Below, piece after piece: positions 1-15,200 of a stretch of 64,000 bases of DNA. Both the position numbers and the translations under genes were made by a program. The stretch is from Balanoglossus misakiensis (lineage: Eukaryota; Animalia; Hemichordata). Position 1 is the stretch's first letter. Each line of letters starts with the position of its first letter. The notes beneath the pieces are model-generated. The model worked only from the letters and a program-made list of their open reading frames with translations. It had not been told where the DNA came from and did not search any database. The DNA is taken from NCBI GenBank assembly GCA_040954595.2, contig CM082584.2, positions 606,281 through 670,280 of the forward strand, read 5' to 3'.

Positions 1-2559
1 CTATCATTACATTCCTGCGAACCCGGTCTTGTCCATTCCAGAGAAAATTATAAATTAACTTATGAACCCGACCTATTACTTCATTAGGAAAAATTACATG
101 TGTAAGCACATATGTTAATTTGGAAATTGCCAATGACTTAATAACTTGAACTTTCCCAATGATGGTCAAATTCCTAGTTTTCCACATATTGAGGACCTTT
201 TTTAGATTTTCGACTGGGGTAACAATATTTTTTTCCTGGGCAATTTTTTCATTATAAGAAAAATGAATCCCCACAATCTTGATAGTAGGGGTGGGCCACT
301 TTACCCCGAACGCCTCATCTTTTCGAAGTCTCCATTTCCCAAGCCAAACAGCTTCTGTCTTATCTTTGTTGACTTTCAAACCAGAAGCATTATAAAAGGA
401 AGTTAACATTTCAAAAACAATTCTTACAGAGTTTTCATTTGATAAAAAACAGGTCATATCGTCGGCGAACGCCGACTCCTTAATTTCAACACTGCCAATA
501 TTGATACCACTAATTTGCCGGTTATTTCTTATTGAATGCAAGAGTGTTTCTAAAACCAGAATAAATAACATAGGTGACAAAGGGTCGCCTTGGCGCACTC
601 CCTTCTCAAGCTTAAAATAGCCAGTCCCAAACCCATTGTTCATTACAGTGCTTTCAATGTTAAAATATAAGGCTTTAACCCAGTTGATGAAGGACACTCC
701 AAAATTAAAGGATGACAATGTATTGTAGAGATAATCCCAACTTACAGTGTCAAAAGCTTTTTCGAAATCTATGGCTAATAAAATTGCTGGAATATCAGCA
801 TTACAGGTGTGATGAAAAATCTCATCTATCAAACGGATATAATCACCAATGTTTCTCCCCCGGACAAAGGCCGCTTGGGAGTCACCAATTAAGCAGGGCA
901 AAACTTTCTCAATACGTTTAACAAGGCATTTTGAAGCAAGCTTCATGTCAACATTCATAAGGGAGATTGGTCTCCAATTTTTCAGATAGAGTTGATCCTT
1001 CCCAGGTTTATCAATCAGAGTTATGACACTCTGTTTCTGTGAATTTGAAAATTCCCCCGTTCTGTAACCATAATTGAGAGAATTCAAAACTAAATTCCCC
1101 ACCTGTGGCCAAAACGCCACGTAAAATTCTTTTGTAAGGCCATCATTGCCGGGGCTTTTGTTGTCTGGAAGGGAGAGAAGAACAGAGAAAACTTCCCCAG
1201 GGTCAAAGGACCCTCACACAAAACTTTATCATTCTCTGACAACATTGGTAAATTTGCATCCAGGAAATAATGCACATCGTTGGAGTTTGTGGCGCACCTT
1301 GAGTAAAGCTTGGCATAAAACTGCTTAATTTCACACAAAATATTCTTTGGGTTGTCTATAATTGTATACTCATCTTTCTTCAAATTGCTGATACTCGAGT
1401 TGCGTTTATTTACCTTTTCCAAACCTAAAAAGAACTTGTTACATTTTTCACCTTTCTCGTACCAATTAATCCTGGATCTTACGACCGCTCCTTCTGTAAT
1501 ATAATCATAAACTTTCTCCAAATCACTCTTTGCTGACTCGAGCATCTCGTAATTTTGCACTGTAGGATGATTAGAACAAAGACCCTCAAGAAAATTCACC
1601 GACAGTTCAAGATTCTGTAAATTCTGTCTACGTTTTTTCGCCACTGTTTTGCTGTAGTCAATCACAAAACCTCTAATCTTAAATTTTATGAAGTCCCAAC
1701 GAACCCCATCATTTAACCTAGTGGATTCACTAATCCACTCGTCAATATTATCGTGCAGAATGGTTTTTAAAGTACTGTCGTAAATTAAACTAGAATTAAA
1801 CTTCCAGTAGCCAGGACCCCGCTCGTTTTGGCAAGATTTATACACCAAAGAGACAGCTGAATGGTCGGAATCCACTCCAGGAATAATCTGAACGCTACTG
1901 ATTTGTTGCTGTAAATCGCTAGAAATGAAAAAATAATCAAGTCTACTCTGAGTGATATAAGGCCTGCGCCTTCTCCAGGTAAAACCTCTCTTTTCTTCAT
2001 GACGCACCCTCCATATATCAATCAAATTGAAGACGTCAGATATCCTATCTAAAAGAGCAATGGACTTTCCCCATGGTTTAGGATTGCCTCCTGAGCGATC
2101 AAGGGCAATATTATATGTGAAATTTAAATCCCCTCCTAAAATGACAATTGTGTTGGGATCGGTTACATATTTGACCAGCAAAAAATACATTTCTTCTAGA
2201 AAAATTACATGCTCTTTCTCTATATTGGGTGCATATACATTAAGTAGTATACAAGGCGTATTGTCTAAATTTACATCAATAAGAATAAATCTACCCATAT
2301 CGTCAGTTACAGAATTGTTAACTATAATATTTGGGTTATTGATAATTGTTATTACACCTCTACTATTGTTTGTTCCATGCGAAAACCAACAGCGACCATT
2401 AAATTGAGTTGACCAAAAGTGAACATCGTCTTTTACACTGTGGGTTTCTTGTAAGAAAGTAAATGTGGGGTTCTTACTATTTAACCAACATCCAAGTTTT
2501 TTCCTTTTTTTGAAACTACGGAGCCCTCTTGTATTAAACGTCAAAACTGAAAAATCCAT
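1..2559 (-). pseudogene. LINE ORF2 (APE endonuclease-RT), frameshifted
   Basis: Same protein as 16,575-20,288 up to CEGPLT, then a 1-bp deletion near 1,200 (cagggtc versus caggggtc) ends the ORF at 489 aa; RT sequence continues in another frame to the window edge. Confidence 0.88.
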
Positions 2560-3020
2560 TTCAAATTGTCATGAAATGTGTTGTGTCGACTGCTTCCAAA
2601 AACATTTCTGAAAATTGACTGATGTGTCCCGCTTTGAAATAAACCCATCAAGAAACAACAAACAAACAAGACAAACACACCCTAAGGGCCGACAGAGGCG
2701 AGAGAAAAAAACCCAAAGGGCCAAAAAAAAGAGAAGACTGAGAAGAGACGAAACTCCCTTCCCCGGAGGAAAAAAACAAACAGGGAAAGGGGGCAAGACG
2801 AAAAGGAGAAGAAATACAAAAAGAACAAAAAAGAAGGGCAAGAAAAAAAAACCCTACTCTGCTCGAGTGCCACACCTTCTCTGTGTCGGAGGTGTATTGA
2901 GATCTTTAAAATCAATGGCCGACAACGTTACCGTTATTCTATGAATACTGTGTTTGGTAATTCAAAGTCGTACGCTACTATCCAGTTTACATTTACAATT
3001 TTCATTTACATTTACAAATG

Positions 3021-3307
3021 TCATTTTTCTGGAATGTCATTTACCGTGAGTTCCTTTTTGACACCATTAGCGTACTTGATTACGAGTGTTGCCGGCACTT
3101 TCCAAGCTATGTAGCAGCTTTTCGTCGACGCTTCTCTCTTTATCTTGCTTGCATACTGTAGTAGCCTCTTCCGTTCCGCGTATACTTTCTTGCTTACATC
3201 GTCAGACACATAAATCTGGTTTCCTTTCAACTTGTTTTCTTTCAGGCATCCAGGGGCCGCAAATAAAATCTGTCTGGCTTCGTTGGCGTTACCGAAGACC
3301 ACCATAA
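3021..3307 (-). CDS. C-terminal fragment of LINE ORF1 (RRM/CTD-like), 5'-truncated
   Basis: Open frame ..KGNQIYVSDDVSKKVYAERKRLL..., resembling the L1-type ORF1 C-terminus; lies upstream of ORF2 across a ~460-bp T-rich spacer and starts at the insertion junction. Confidence 0.7.
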
Positions 3308-6300
3308 TGACCCGCTGTGACTTTCCCTGTTCGGTTTGCCCGACTTAGCCAACGTCTTTGTACTAGAGTGTCGGGTCTTTTGCAGAGCCAGGCCGAAGGT
3401 AATCCGACTTGATCACCGTTGCTAACGAACGCTAGTGTCTGTCATGGTGTGCCGGGGTTTTAGTCGAGCCAGGCCGTAGGAGATCTGACTTGATCATCGT
3501 GGTCAATGTACGCGTGTTTCCGCTCTAAAGTGCCGGGGCTTCAGCTAAACCAGGCCGTAGGAAATCCGACGTAATCACCGTTGATAACTTACGCCAGTCT
3601 GTGTCATATAGAGCCGGTGCACCAGCCGAGTCACGCCGTAGGAAATCTGACTTGATCAACGTGGTCAATGTACGCCTGTTTCTGCTCTAGAGCGCCGGGG
3701 CTTCAGCTGAGCCAGGCCGTAGGAAACCCGACGTGATTACCGTTGTTAACTTACGCCAGTCTGTGTCCTATATATAGTGCCGGGGCATCAGCCGTGCCAG
3801 GTCGAAGGAAATGTGAGTAGATCAACGTGGTTTTTGTACGCGTGTTTCTGCTCTAGAGTGCCAGGGCTTTAGCCAAGCCATGCCGTAGGAAATCTGACTT
3901 GATCAACGTTGCTAACGAACTCTAGTGTCTATCATAGTGTGCCGGGGTTTTAGTCGAGCCAAGCCGTAGGAGATCAGACTTGATCAACGTGGTCTCTGTA
4001 CGCGTGTTTCTGCTCTAGAGTGCCGGGGCTTTATCCAAGCCATGCCGTAGAAAATCTGACTTGATCACCGTTGCTAACGTACGATAGTGTCTGTCATATT
4101 GTGACGAAGATTTAGCCGAGCCAGGCCGTAAAAAAATCGACTTGTTCAACGTTACCAGTGTGCAACTGTTTCTGCTCTAGAGTGTCAGGATTTTAGCCGA
4201 CTTATGCTGTAGGAAATCTGAGTTGATGAACGGGAATTCAATGTTAGAAAATCCGTGTGGAAAGTATCTCTACCCGTTTGAAACTAAGAAAAGAATTTAT
4301 TTTTATTTATTTTGTAAAAAAGACAATTTTTCGAAAAAAAAGTCGAAAATGGTAATTTTGTCTTGGGTGATTCAAATTATACCGCCTTTTCTGCAATTTG
4401 CAGCACTTTTTACAAGAGAACGACACTTCATGCTCCATAATATTTCCGAAAATGAAGAAAAGAGTTAATTTTTTATGATTTTTTAAAAATTTACCTTTTT
4501 TGTCAAAATATGGCCAAAATGGCTATTTTTTATTGAATTCCGTCAATATCTCTGCATTTTTGGAGTGGTCGAAAGTTTTAACATACAATCAACATGTCAT
4601 ATATGATCAGGGCACCAAATTCGAAGAACAAAGGTTTTTTTTTAGTTTTTTTTCTAAAAATGACATTTTCAAGGAAAATTTGGTAAAAAGCAATTTTGTC
4701 TGCAGTGAGCCAAATTAGACGGTCTTTTGTGGAATTTGTATCGATATATACATACGAAGAGCATTCTATACTCCATCAGATTTCCGAAAATGTAGAAAAC
4801 AGGTCTTTTTTGTAATTTTCAAAAATTTACCATTTTGACCAAATTGTGGCTAAAATTGTTATTTTCGTGTTGAATGCCGCCAGTGTCACTGCTTTTAAAA
4901 GTCATAAAAACGTTTAACATACAAGCAATTGTTTATATATGATCAGGTCACCGAATTAAAAAAAATAAAGAATATTTTGCCTAAAAATTACCTTTTTGGT
5001 GCAAAAACGCAATTTTGTATTAAATCAGCTCATCAGAGTGCATTTTTTATAATCAGCACCATTTTTACATAAAATGGAAATTTCATACATCATCAGATAT
5101 CCAAATATGAAAAAATGATTTAGATTTTAGATGATTGTCCAAAATTAGCTGATATCTAATAAATGTAGTATTGAACCGTTCTGTCCCCCCCTACATTATA
5201 TGCGGTACGCCGATGTAAGCTTACCCGGCAGTACTGCAGGCCGTGCCCCCAACTAACGTCGGTGTTTGAAACGCCCTGGTTAAATTCGGGCTTTCTCTAT
5301 AAATTGACAGGCAATAATGCAGTCCTACCCGAACAAATGTCGAGTGTTGACCCGCTGTGACATTCCCTCTTCGGTTTGCCCGACTTAGCCAACGTCTTTG
5401 TACTAGAGTGTCGGGTCTTTTGCAGAGCCAGGCCGAAGGAAATCCGACTTGATCACCGTTGCTAACGAACGCTAGTGTCTGTCATGGTGTGCCGGGGTTT
5501 TAGTCGAGCCAGGCCGTAGGAAATCTGACTTGATCAACGTGGTCAATGTACGCCTGTTTCTGCTCTAGAGTGCCGGGGCTTCAGCTGAGCCAGGCCGTAG
5601 GAAACCCGACGTGATTACCGTTGTTAACTTACGCCAGTCTGTGTCCTATATATAGTGCCGGGGCATCAGCCGTGCCAGGCCGAAGGAAATGTGAGTAGAT
5701 CAACGTGGTCTCTGTACGCGTGTTTCTGCTCTAGAGTGCCAGGGCTTTAGCCAAGCCATGCCGTAGGAAATCTCACTTGATCACCGTTGCTAACGTACCC
5801 TAGTGTCTGTCATATTGTGACGGAGATTTAGCCGAGCCAGGCCGTAGAAAAATCGACTTGTTCAACGTTTCCAGTGTGCAACTGTTTCTGCTCTAGAGTG
5901 TCAGGGTTTTAGCCGACTTATGCTGTAGGAAATCTGAGTTGATGAACGGGAAGTCAATGTTAGGAAACCCGTGTGGAAAGTATCTCTGCCCGTTTGAAAC
6001 TAAGAAAAGAATTTATTCTTATTTATTTTGTAAAAAAGACAATTTTTCGAAAAAAAGTCGAAAATGGTAATTTTGTCTTGGGTGATTCAAATTATACCGC
6101 CTTTTCTGGAATTTGCAGCACTTTTTACAAGAGAACGACACTTCATGCTCCATAATATTTCCGAAAATGAAGAAAAAAGTTAATTTTTTATGATTTTTTA
6201 AAAATTTACCATTTTTGTCAAAATATGGCCAAAATGGCTATTTTTTCTTGAATTCCGTCAATATCTCTGCATTTTTAGAGTGGTCGAAAGTTTTAACATA

Positions 6301-9288
6301 CAATCAACATGTCATATATGATCAGGGCACCAAATTCGAAGAACAAAGGTTTTTTTATTTGTTTTTCTAAAAATGACATTTTCAAGGAAAATTTGGTAAA
6401 ACGCAATTTTGTCTGCAGTGAGCCAAATTAGACGGTCTTTTGTGGAATTTGTATCGATATATACATACGAAGAGCATTCTATACTCCATCAGATTTCCGA
6501 AAATGTAGAAAACAGGTATTTTTTATAATTTTCAAAAATTTACCATTTTGACCAAATTGTGGCTAAAATTGTTATTTTCGTGTTGAATGCCGCCAGTGTC
6601 ACTGCTTTTAAAAGTCATAAAAACTTTTAACATACAAGCAATTGTTTATATATGATCAGGTCACCGAATTAAAAAAATAAAGAATGTTTTGCCTAAAAAT
6701 GACCTTTTTGGTGCAAACGAATAAAACGCAATTTTGTATTAAATCAGCTCATTCAGAGTGCATTTTTTATAATCAGCACCATTTTTACATATAATGGAAA
6801 TTTCCTACATCATCAGATATCCAAATATGAAAAAATGATTTAGATTTTAGATGATTGTCCAAAATTAGCTGATATCTAATAAATGTAGTATTGAACCGTT
6901 CCGTTCCCCCCCCCCACCCCCCCCCCCTTACATTATATGCGGTACGCCGATGTCAGCTTACCCGGCAGTACTGCAGGCCGTGCCCCCAACTAACATCGGT
7001 GGTGGAAACGCCCTGGTTAAATTCGGGCTTCCTCTATAAATTGACAGGCAATAATGCAGTCCTACCCAAACAAATGTCGAGTGTTGACCCGCTGTGACTT
7101 TCCCTCTTCGGTTTGCCCGACTTAGCCAACGTCTTTGTACTAGAGTGTCGGGTCTTTTGCAGAGCCAGGCCGAAGGAAATCCGACTTGATCACCGTTGCT
7201 AACGAACGCTAGTGTCTGTCATGGTGTGCCGGGGTTTTAGTCGAGCCAGGCCGTAGGAGATCTGACTTGATCAACGTGGTCAATGTACGCCTGTTTCTGC
7301 TCTAGAGCACCGGGGCTTCAGCTGAGCCAGGCCGCAGGAAACCCGACGTGATTACCGTTGTTAACTTACGCCAGTCTGTGTCCTATATATAGTGCCGGGG
7401 CATCAGCCGTGCCAGGCCGAAGGAAATGTGAGTAGATCAACGTGGTTTTTGTACGCGTGTTTCCGCTCTAAAGTGCCGGGGCTTCAGCTAAACCAGGCCG
7501 TAGGAAATCCGACGTAATCACCGTTGATAACTTACGCCTGTCTGTGTCATATAGAGCCGGTGCACCAGCCGAGTCACGCCGTAGGAAATCTGACTTGATC
7601 AACGTGGTCAATGTACGCCTGTTTCTGCTCTAGAGTGCCGGGGCTTCAGCTGAGCCAGGCCGTAGGAAACCCGACGTGATTACCGTTGTTAACTTACGCC
7701 AGTCTGTGTCCTATATATAGTGCTGGGGCATCAGCCGTGCCAGGCCGAAGGAAATGTGAGTAGATCAACGTGGTCTCTGTACGCGTGTTTCTGCTCTAGA
7801 GTGCCAGGGCTTTAGCCAAGCCATGCCGTAGGAAATCTGACATGATCAACGTTGCTAACGAACGCTAGTGTCTGTCATAGTGTGCCGGGGTTTTAGTCGA
7901 GCCAGGCCGTAGGAGATCTGACTTGATCAACGTGGTCAATGTACGCCTGTTTCTGCTCTAGAGCGCCGGGGCTTCAGCTGAGCCAGGCCGCAGGAAACCC
8001 GACGTGATTACCGTTGTTAACCTACGCCAGTCTGTGTCCTATATATAGTGCCGGGGCATCAGCCGTGCCAGGCCGAAGGAAATGTGAGTAGATCAACGTG
8101 GTTTTTGTACGCGTGTTTCCGCTCTAAAGTGCCGGGGCTTCAGCTAAACCAGGCCGTAGGAAATCCGACGTAATCACCGTTGATAACTTACGCCTGTCTG
8201 TGTCATATAGAGCCGGTGCACCAGCCGAGTCACGCCGTAGGAAATCTGACTTGATCAACGTGGTCAATGTACGCCTGTTTCTGCTCTAGAGTGCCGGGGC
8301 TTCAGCTGAGCCAGGCCGTAGGAAACCCGACGTGATTACCGTTGTTAACTTACGCCAGTCTGTGTCCTATATATAGTGCCGGGGCATCAGCCGTGCCAGG
8401 CCGAAGGAAATGTGAGTAGATCAACGTGGTCTCTGTACGCGTGTTTCTGCTCTAGAGTGCCAGGGCTTTAGCCAAGCCATGCCGTAGGAAATCTGACATG
8501 ATCAACGTTGCTAACGAACGCTAGTGTCTGTCATAGTGTGCCGGGGTTTTAGTCGAGCCAAGCCGTAGGAGATCAGACTTGATCAACGTGGTCTCTGTAC
8601 GCGTGTTTCTGCTCTAGAGTGCCGGGGCTTCAGCTGAGCCAGGCCGTAGGAAACCCGACGTGATTACCGTTGTTAACTTACGCCAGTCTGTGTCCTATAT
8701 ATAGTGCCGGGGCATCAGCCGTGCCAGGCCGAAGGAAATGTGAGTAGATCAACGTGGTCTCTGTACGCGTGTTTCTGCTCTAGAGTGCCAGGGCTTTAGC
8801 CAAGCCATGCCGTAGGAAATCTCACTTGATCACCGTTGCTAACGTACGCTAGTGTCTGTCATTTTGTGACGGAGATTTAGCCGAGCCAGGCCGTAGAAAA
8901 ATCGACTTGTTCAACGTTACCAGTGTGCAACTGTTTCTGCTCTAGAGTGTCAGGGTTTTAGCCGACTTATGCTGTAGGAAATCTGAGTTGATGAACGGGA
9001 ATTCAATGTTAGAAAACCCGTGTGGAAAGTATCTCTACCCGTTTGAAACTAAGAAAAGAATTTATTCTTATTTATTTTGTGAAAAAGACAATTTTTCGAA
9101 AAAAAGTTGAAAATGGTAATTTTGTCTTGGGTGATTCAAATTATACCGCCTTTTCTGGAATTTGCAGCACTTTTTGCAAGAGAACGACACCTTATGCTCC
9201 ATAATATTTCCGAAAATGAAGAAAAGAGTTAATTTTTTATGATTTTTTAAAAAGTTACCATTTTTGTCAAAATATGGCCAAAATGGCT
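3308..9288 (+). repeat. Composite ~1.9-kb tandem repeat, left arm (about 3 units; 81-bp monomer blocks of 11, 7 and 23 copies)
   Basis: gccg(t/a)agg anchors every 81 bp (3,392, 3,473, 3,554, 3,635, 3,716...), 85 bp where a tata insert is present; AT-rich block and poly-C tract recur at ~5,185 and ~6,905. Confidence 0.95.
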
Positions 9289-12200
9289 TTTAATGACTTT
9301 TAAAAGCAGTGACACTGGCGGCATTCATCACGAAAATAACAATTTTAGCCACAATTTAGTCAAAATGGTAAATTTTTGAAATTTACAAAAAATACCTGTT
9401 TTCTACATTTTCGGAAATCTGATGGAGTATAGAATGCTCTTCGTATGTATATATCGATACAAATTCCACAAAAGACCGTCTAATTTGGCTCACTGCAGAC
9501 AAAATTGCGTTTTACCAAATTTTCCTTGAAAATGTCATTTTTAGAAGAAAAAAAAATAAAAAAAACCTTTGTTCTTCGAATTTGGTGCCCTGATCATATA
9601 TGACATGTTGATTGTATGTTAAAACTTTCGACCACTCCAAAAATGCAGATATATTGACGGAATTAAAGAAAAAATAGCCATTTTGGCCATATTTTGACAA
9701 AAATGGTAAATTTTTAAAAAATCATAAAAAATTAACTCTTTTCTTCATTTTCGGAAATATGATGGAGCATAAGGTGTCGTTCTCTTGCAAAAAGTGCTGC
9801 AAATTCCAGAAAAGGCGGTATAATTTGAATCACCCAAGACAAAATTACCATTTTCAACTTTTTTTCGAAAAATTGTCTTTTTTACAAAATAAATAAGAAT
9901 AAATTCTTTTCTTAGTTTCAAACGGGTAGAGATACTTTCCACACGGGTTTTCTAACATTGAATTCCCGTTCATCAACTCAGATTTCCTACAGCATAAGTC
10001 GGCTAAAACCCTGACACTCTAGAGCAGAAACAGTTGCACACTGGTAACGTTGAACAAGTCGATTTTTCTACGGCCTGGCTCGGCTAAATCTCCGTCACAA
10101 AATGACAGACACTAGCGTACGTTAGCAACGGTGATCAAGTGAGATTTCCTACGGCATGGCTTGGCTAAAGCCCTGGCACTCTAGAGCAGAAACACGCGTA
10201 CAGAGACCACGTTGATCTACTCACATTTCCTTCGGCCTGGCACGGCTGATGCCCCGGCACTATATATAGGACACAGACTGGCGTAAGTTAACAACGGTAA
10301 TCACGTCGGGTTTCCTACGGCCTGGCTCAGCTGAAGCCCCGGCACTCTAGAGCAGAAACACGCGTACAGAGACCACGTTGATCAAGTCTGATCTCCTACG
10401 GCTTGGCTCGACTAAAACCCCGGCACACTATGACAGACACTAGCGTTCGTTAGCAACGTTGATCATGTCAGATTTCCTACGGCATGGCTTGGCTAAAGCC
10501 CTGGCACTCTAGAGCAGAAACACGCGTACAGAGACCACGTTGATCTACTCACATTTCCTTCGGCCTGGCACGGCTGATGCCCCGGCACTATATATAGGAC
10601 ACAGACTGGCGTAAGTTAACAACGGTAATCACGTCGGGTTTCCTACGGCCTGGCTCAGCTGAAGCCCCGGCACTCTAGAGCAGAAACAGGCGTACATTGA
10701 CCACGTTGATCAAGTCAGATTTCCTACGGCGTGACTCGGCTGGTGCACCGTCTCTATATGACACAGACAGGCGTAAGTTATCAACGGTGATTACGTCGGA
10801 TTTCCTACGGCCTGGTTTAGCTGAAGCCCCGGCACTTTAGAGCGGAAACACGCGTACAAAAACCACGTTGATCTACTCACATTTCCTTCGGCCTGGCACG
10901 GCTGATGCCCCGGCACTATATATAGGACACAGACTGGCGTAGGTTAACAACGGTAATCACGTCGGGTTTCCTGCGGCCTGGCTCAGCTGAAGCCCCGGCG
11001 CTCTAGAGCAGAAACAGGCGTACATTGACCACGTTGATCAAGTCAGATCTCCTACGGCCTGGCTCGACTAAAACCCCGGCACACTATGACAGACACTAGC
11101 GTTCGTTAGCAACGTTGATCATGTCAGATTTCCTACGGCATGGCTTGGCTAAAGCCCTGGCACTCTAGAGCAGAAACACGCGTACAGAGACCACGTTGAT
11201 CTACTCACATTCCCTTCGACCTGGCACGGCTGATGCCCCGGCACTATATATAGGACACAGACTGGCGTAAGTTAACAACGGTAATCACGTCGGGTTTCCT
11301 ACGGCCTGGCTCAGCTGAAGCCCCGGCACTCTAGAGCAGAAACAGGCGTACATTGACCACGTTGATCAAGTCAGATTTCCTACGGCGTGACTCGGCTGGT
11401 GCACCGGCTCTATATGACACAGACAGGCGTAAGTTATCAACGGTGATTACGTCGGATTTCCTACGGCCTGGTTTAGCTGAAGCCCCGGCACTTTAGAGCG
11501 GAAACACGCGTACATTGACCACGATGATCAAGTCAGATCTCCTACGGCCTGGCTCGACTAAAACCCCGGCACACCATGACAGACACTAGCGTTCGTTAGC
11601 AACGGTGATCAAGTTGGATTTCCTTCGGCCTGGCTCTGTAAAAGACCCGACACTCTAGTACAAAGACGTTGGCTAAGTCGGGCAAACCGAAGAGGGAAAG
11701 TCACAGCGGGTCAACACTCGACATTTGTTTGGGTAGGACTGCATTATTGCCTGTCAATTTATAGAGGAAGCCCGAATTTAACCAGGGCGTTTCCAACACC
11801 GATGTTAGTTGGGGGCACGGCCTGCAGTACTGCCGGGTAAGCTGACATCGGCGTACCGCATATAATGTAAGGGGGGGGGTGGGGGGGGGGGAACGGAACG
11901 GTTCAATACTACATTTATTAGATATCAGCTAATTTTGGACAATCATCTAAAATCTAAATCATTTTTTCATATTTGGATATCTGATGAAGTAGGAAATTTC
12001 CATTGTATGTAAAAATGGTGCTGATTATAAAAAATGCACTCTGAATGAGCTGATTTAATACAAAATTGCCTTTTATTCGTTTTTGCACCAAAAAGGTCAT
12101 TTTTAGGCAAAACATTCTTTATTTTTTTAATTCGGTGACCTGATCATATATAAACAATTGCTTGTATGTTAAAAGTTTTTATGACTTTTAAAAGCAGTGA

Positions 12201-15200
12201 CACTGGCGGCATTCAACACGAAAATAACAATTTTAGCCACAATTTGGTCAAAATGGTAAATTTTTGAAAATTACAAAAAATACCTGTTTTCTACATTTTC
12301 GGAAATCTGATGGAGTATAGAATGCTCTTCGTATGTATATATCGATACAAATTCCACAAAAGACCGTCTAATTTGGCTCACTGCAGACAAAATTGCGTTT
12401 TACCAAATTTTCCTTGAAAATGTCATTTTTAGAAAAACAAATAAAAAAACCTTTGTTCTTCGAATTTGGTGCCCTGATCATATATGACATGTTGATTGTA
12501 TGTTAAAACTTTCGACCACTCTAAAAATGCAGAGATATTGACGGAATTCAAGAAAAAATAGCCATTTTGGCCATATTTTAACAAAAATGGTAAATTTTTA
12601 AAAAATCATAAAAAATTAACTCTTTTCTTCATTTTCGGAAATATTATGGAGCATGAAGTGTCGTTCTCTTGTAAAAAGTGCTGCAAATTCCAGAAAAGGC
12701 GGTATAATTTGAATCACCCAAGACAAAATTACCATTTTCGACTTTTTTTCGAAAAATTGTCTTTTTTACAAAATAAATAAGAATAAATTCTTTTCTTAGT
12801 TTCAAACGGGTAGAGATACTTTCCACACGGGTTTCCTAACATTGACTTCCCGTTCATCGACTCAGATTTCCTACAGCATAAGTCGGCTAAAACCCTGACA
12901 CTCTAGAGCAGAAACAGTTGCACACTGGAAACGTTGAACAAGTCGATTTTTCTACGGCCTGGCTCGGCTAAATCTCCGTCACAATATGACAGACACTAGC
13001 GTACGTTAGCAACGGTGATCAAGTGAGATTTCCTACGGCATGGCTTGGCTAAAGCCCTGGCACTCTAGAGCAAAAACACGCGTACAGAGACCACGTTGAT
13101 CTACTCACATTTCCTTCGGCCTGGCACGGCTGATGCCCCGGCACTATATATAGGACACAGACTGGCGTAAGTTAACAACGGAAATCACGTCGGGTTTCCT
13201 ACGGCCTGGCTCAGCTGAAGCCCCGGCACTCTAGAGCAGAAACACGCGTACAGAGACCACGTTGATCAAGTCTGATCTCCTACGGCTTGGCTCGACTAAA
13301 ACCCCGGCACACTATGACAGACACTAGCGTTCGTTAGCAACGTTGATCAAGTCAGATTTCCTACGGCTTGGCTTGGCTAAAACCCTGGCACTCTAGAGCA
13401 GAAACACGCGTACAGAGACCACGTTAATCTACTCACATTTCCTTCGGCCTGGCACGGCTGATGCCCCGGCACTATATATATGACACAGACTGGCGTAAGT
13501 TAACAACGGTAATCACGTCGGGTTTCCTATGGCCTGGCTCAGCTGAAGCCCCGGCACTCTAGAGCAGAAACAGGCGTACATTGACCACGTTGATCAAGTC
13601 AGATTTCCTACGGCCTGGCTCGACTAAAACCCCGGCACACCATGACAGACACTAGCGTTCGTTAGCAACGGTGATCAAGTCGGATTTCCTTCGGCCTGGC
13701 TCTGCAAAAGACCCGACACTCTAGTACAAAGACGTTGGCTAAGTCGGGCAAACCGAAGAGGGAAAGTCACAGCGGGTCAACACTCGACATTTGTTCGGGT
13801 AGGACTGCATTATTGCCTGTCAATATATAGAGAAAGCCCGAATTTAACCAGGGCGTTTCAAACACCGACGTTAGTTGGGGGCACGGCCTGCAGTACTGCC
13901 GGGTAAGCTTACATCGGCGTACCGCATATAATGTAGGGGGGGGGGGGGGACAGAACGGTTCAATACTACATTTATTAGATATCAGCTAATTTTGGACAAT
14001 CATCTAAAATCTAAATCATTTTTTCATATTTGGATATCTGATGATGTATGAAATTTCCATTTTATGTAAAAATGGTGCTGATTATAAAAAATGCACTCTG
14101 AATGAGCTGATTTAATACAAAATTGCGTTTTTGCACCCAAAAGGTAATTTTTATGCAAAACATTCTTTATTTTTTTTAATTCGGTGACCTGATCATATAT
14201 AAACAATTGCTTGTATGTTAAACGTTTTTATGACTTTTAAAAGCAGTGACACTCGCGGCATTCAACACGAAAATAACAATTTTAGCCACAATTTGGTCAA
14301 AATGGTAAATTTTTGAAAATTACAAAAAAGACCTGTTTTCTACATTTTCGGAAATCTGATGGAGTATAGAATGCTCTTCGTATGTATATATCGATACAAA
14401 TTCCACAAAAGACCGTCTAATTTGGCTCACTGCAGACAAAATTGCTTTTTACCAAATTTTCCTTGAAAATGTCATTTTTAGAAAAAAAAACTAAAAAAAC
14501 CTTTGTTCTTCGAATTTGGTGCCCTGATCATATATGACATGTTGATTGTATGTTAAAACTTTCGACCACTCCAAAAATGCAGAGATATTGACGGAATTCA
14601 ATAAAAAATAGCCATTTTGGCCATATTTTGACAAAAAAGGTAAATTTTTAAAAAATCATAAAAAATTAACTCTTTTCTTCATTTTCGGAAATATTATGGA
14701 GCATGAAGTGTCGTTCTCTTGTAAAAAGTGCTGCAAATTGCAGAAAAGGCGGTATAATTTGAATCACCCAAGACAAAATTACCATTTTCGACTTTTTTTT
14801 CGAAAAATTGTCTTTTTTACAAAATAAATAAAAATAAATTCTTTTCTTAGTTTCAAACGGGTAGAGATACTTTCCACACGGATTTTCTAACATTGAATTC
14901 CCGTTCATCAACTCAGATTTCCTACAGCATAAGTCGGCTAAAATCCTGACACTCTAGAGCAGAAACAGTTGCACACTGGTAACGTTGAACAAGTCGATTT
15001 TTCTACGGCCTGGCTCGGCTAAATCTTCGTCACAATATGACAGACACTATCGTACGTTAGCAACGGTGATCAAGTCAGATTTTCTACGGCATGGCTTGGA
15101 TAAAGCCCCGGCACTCTAGAGCAGAAACACGCGTACAGAGACCACGTTGATCAAGTCTGATCTCCTACGGCTTGGCTCGACTAAAACCCCGGCACACTAT

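Larger units (their letters stand above)
1..3307 (-). mobile_element. L1/Tx1-clade non-LTR retrotransposon, left-arm copy (5'-truncated in ORF1; 3' part outside window)
   Basis: Reverse complement of 15,827-19,134 with about 8-9 differences seen in 3.3 kb; same satellite junction (accataa|tgacccgctgtgacttt). Confidence 0.95.

Noticed and set aside
2569-2944. Lys/Arg-rich and Phe/Leu-rich ORFs, also at 16,190-16,565
   Set aside because: Translations of the low-complexity T-rich LINE inter-ORF spacer.
3360-4225. 81-bp (27-codon) monomers as a repeat-protein gene
   Set aside because: Stops recur in all six frames tested on the monomer consensus, and 85-bp variants break the frame.
5160-5360. 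snRNA, 5S or spliced-leader RNA gene in the GC segment (cttacccggcag resembles the U1 5' end; ggtaag plus aattttgg on the other strand)
   Set aside because: Matches are 12 nt or shorter with no continuing similarity, a variable poly-G lies between donor and Sm-like site, and aattttgg is common here; an Rfam search would settle it.
7100-9000. CRISPR-like array
   Set aside because: Whole monomers are homologous and recur; there are no unique spacers or cas genes, and the context is eukaryotic.
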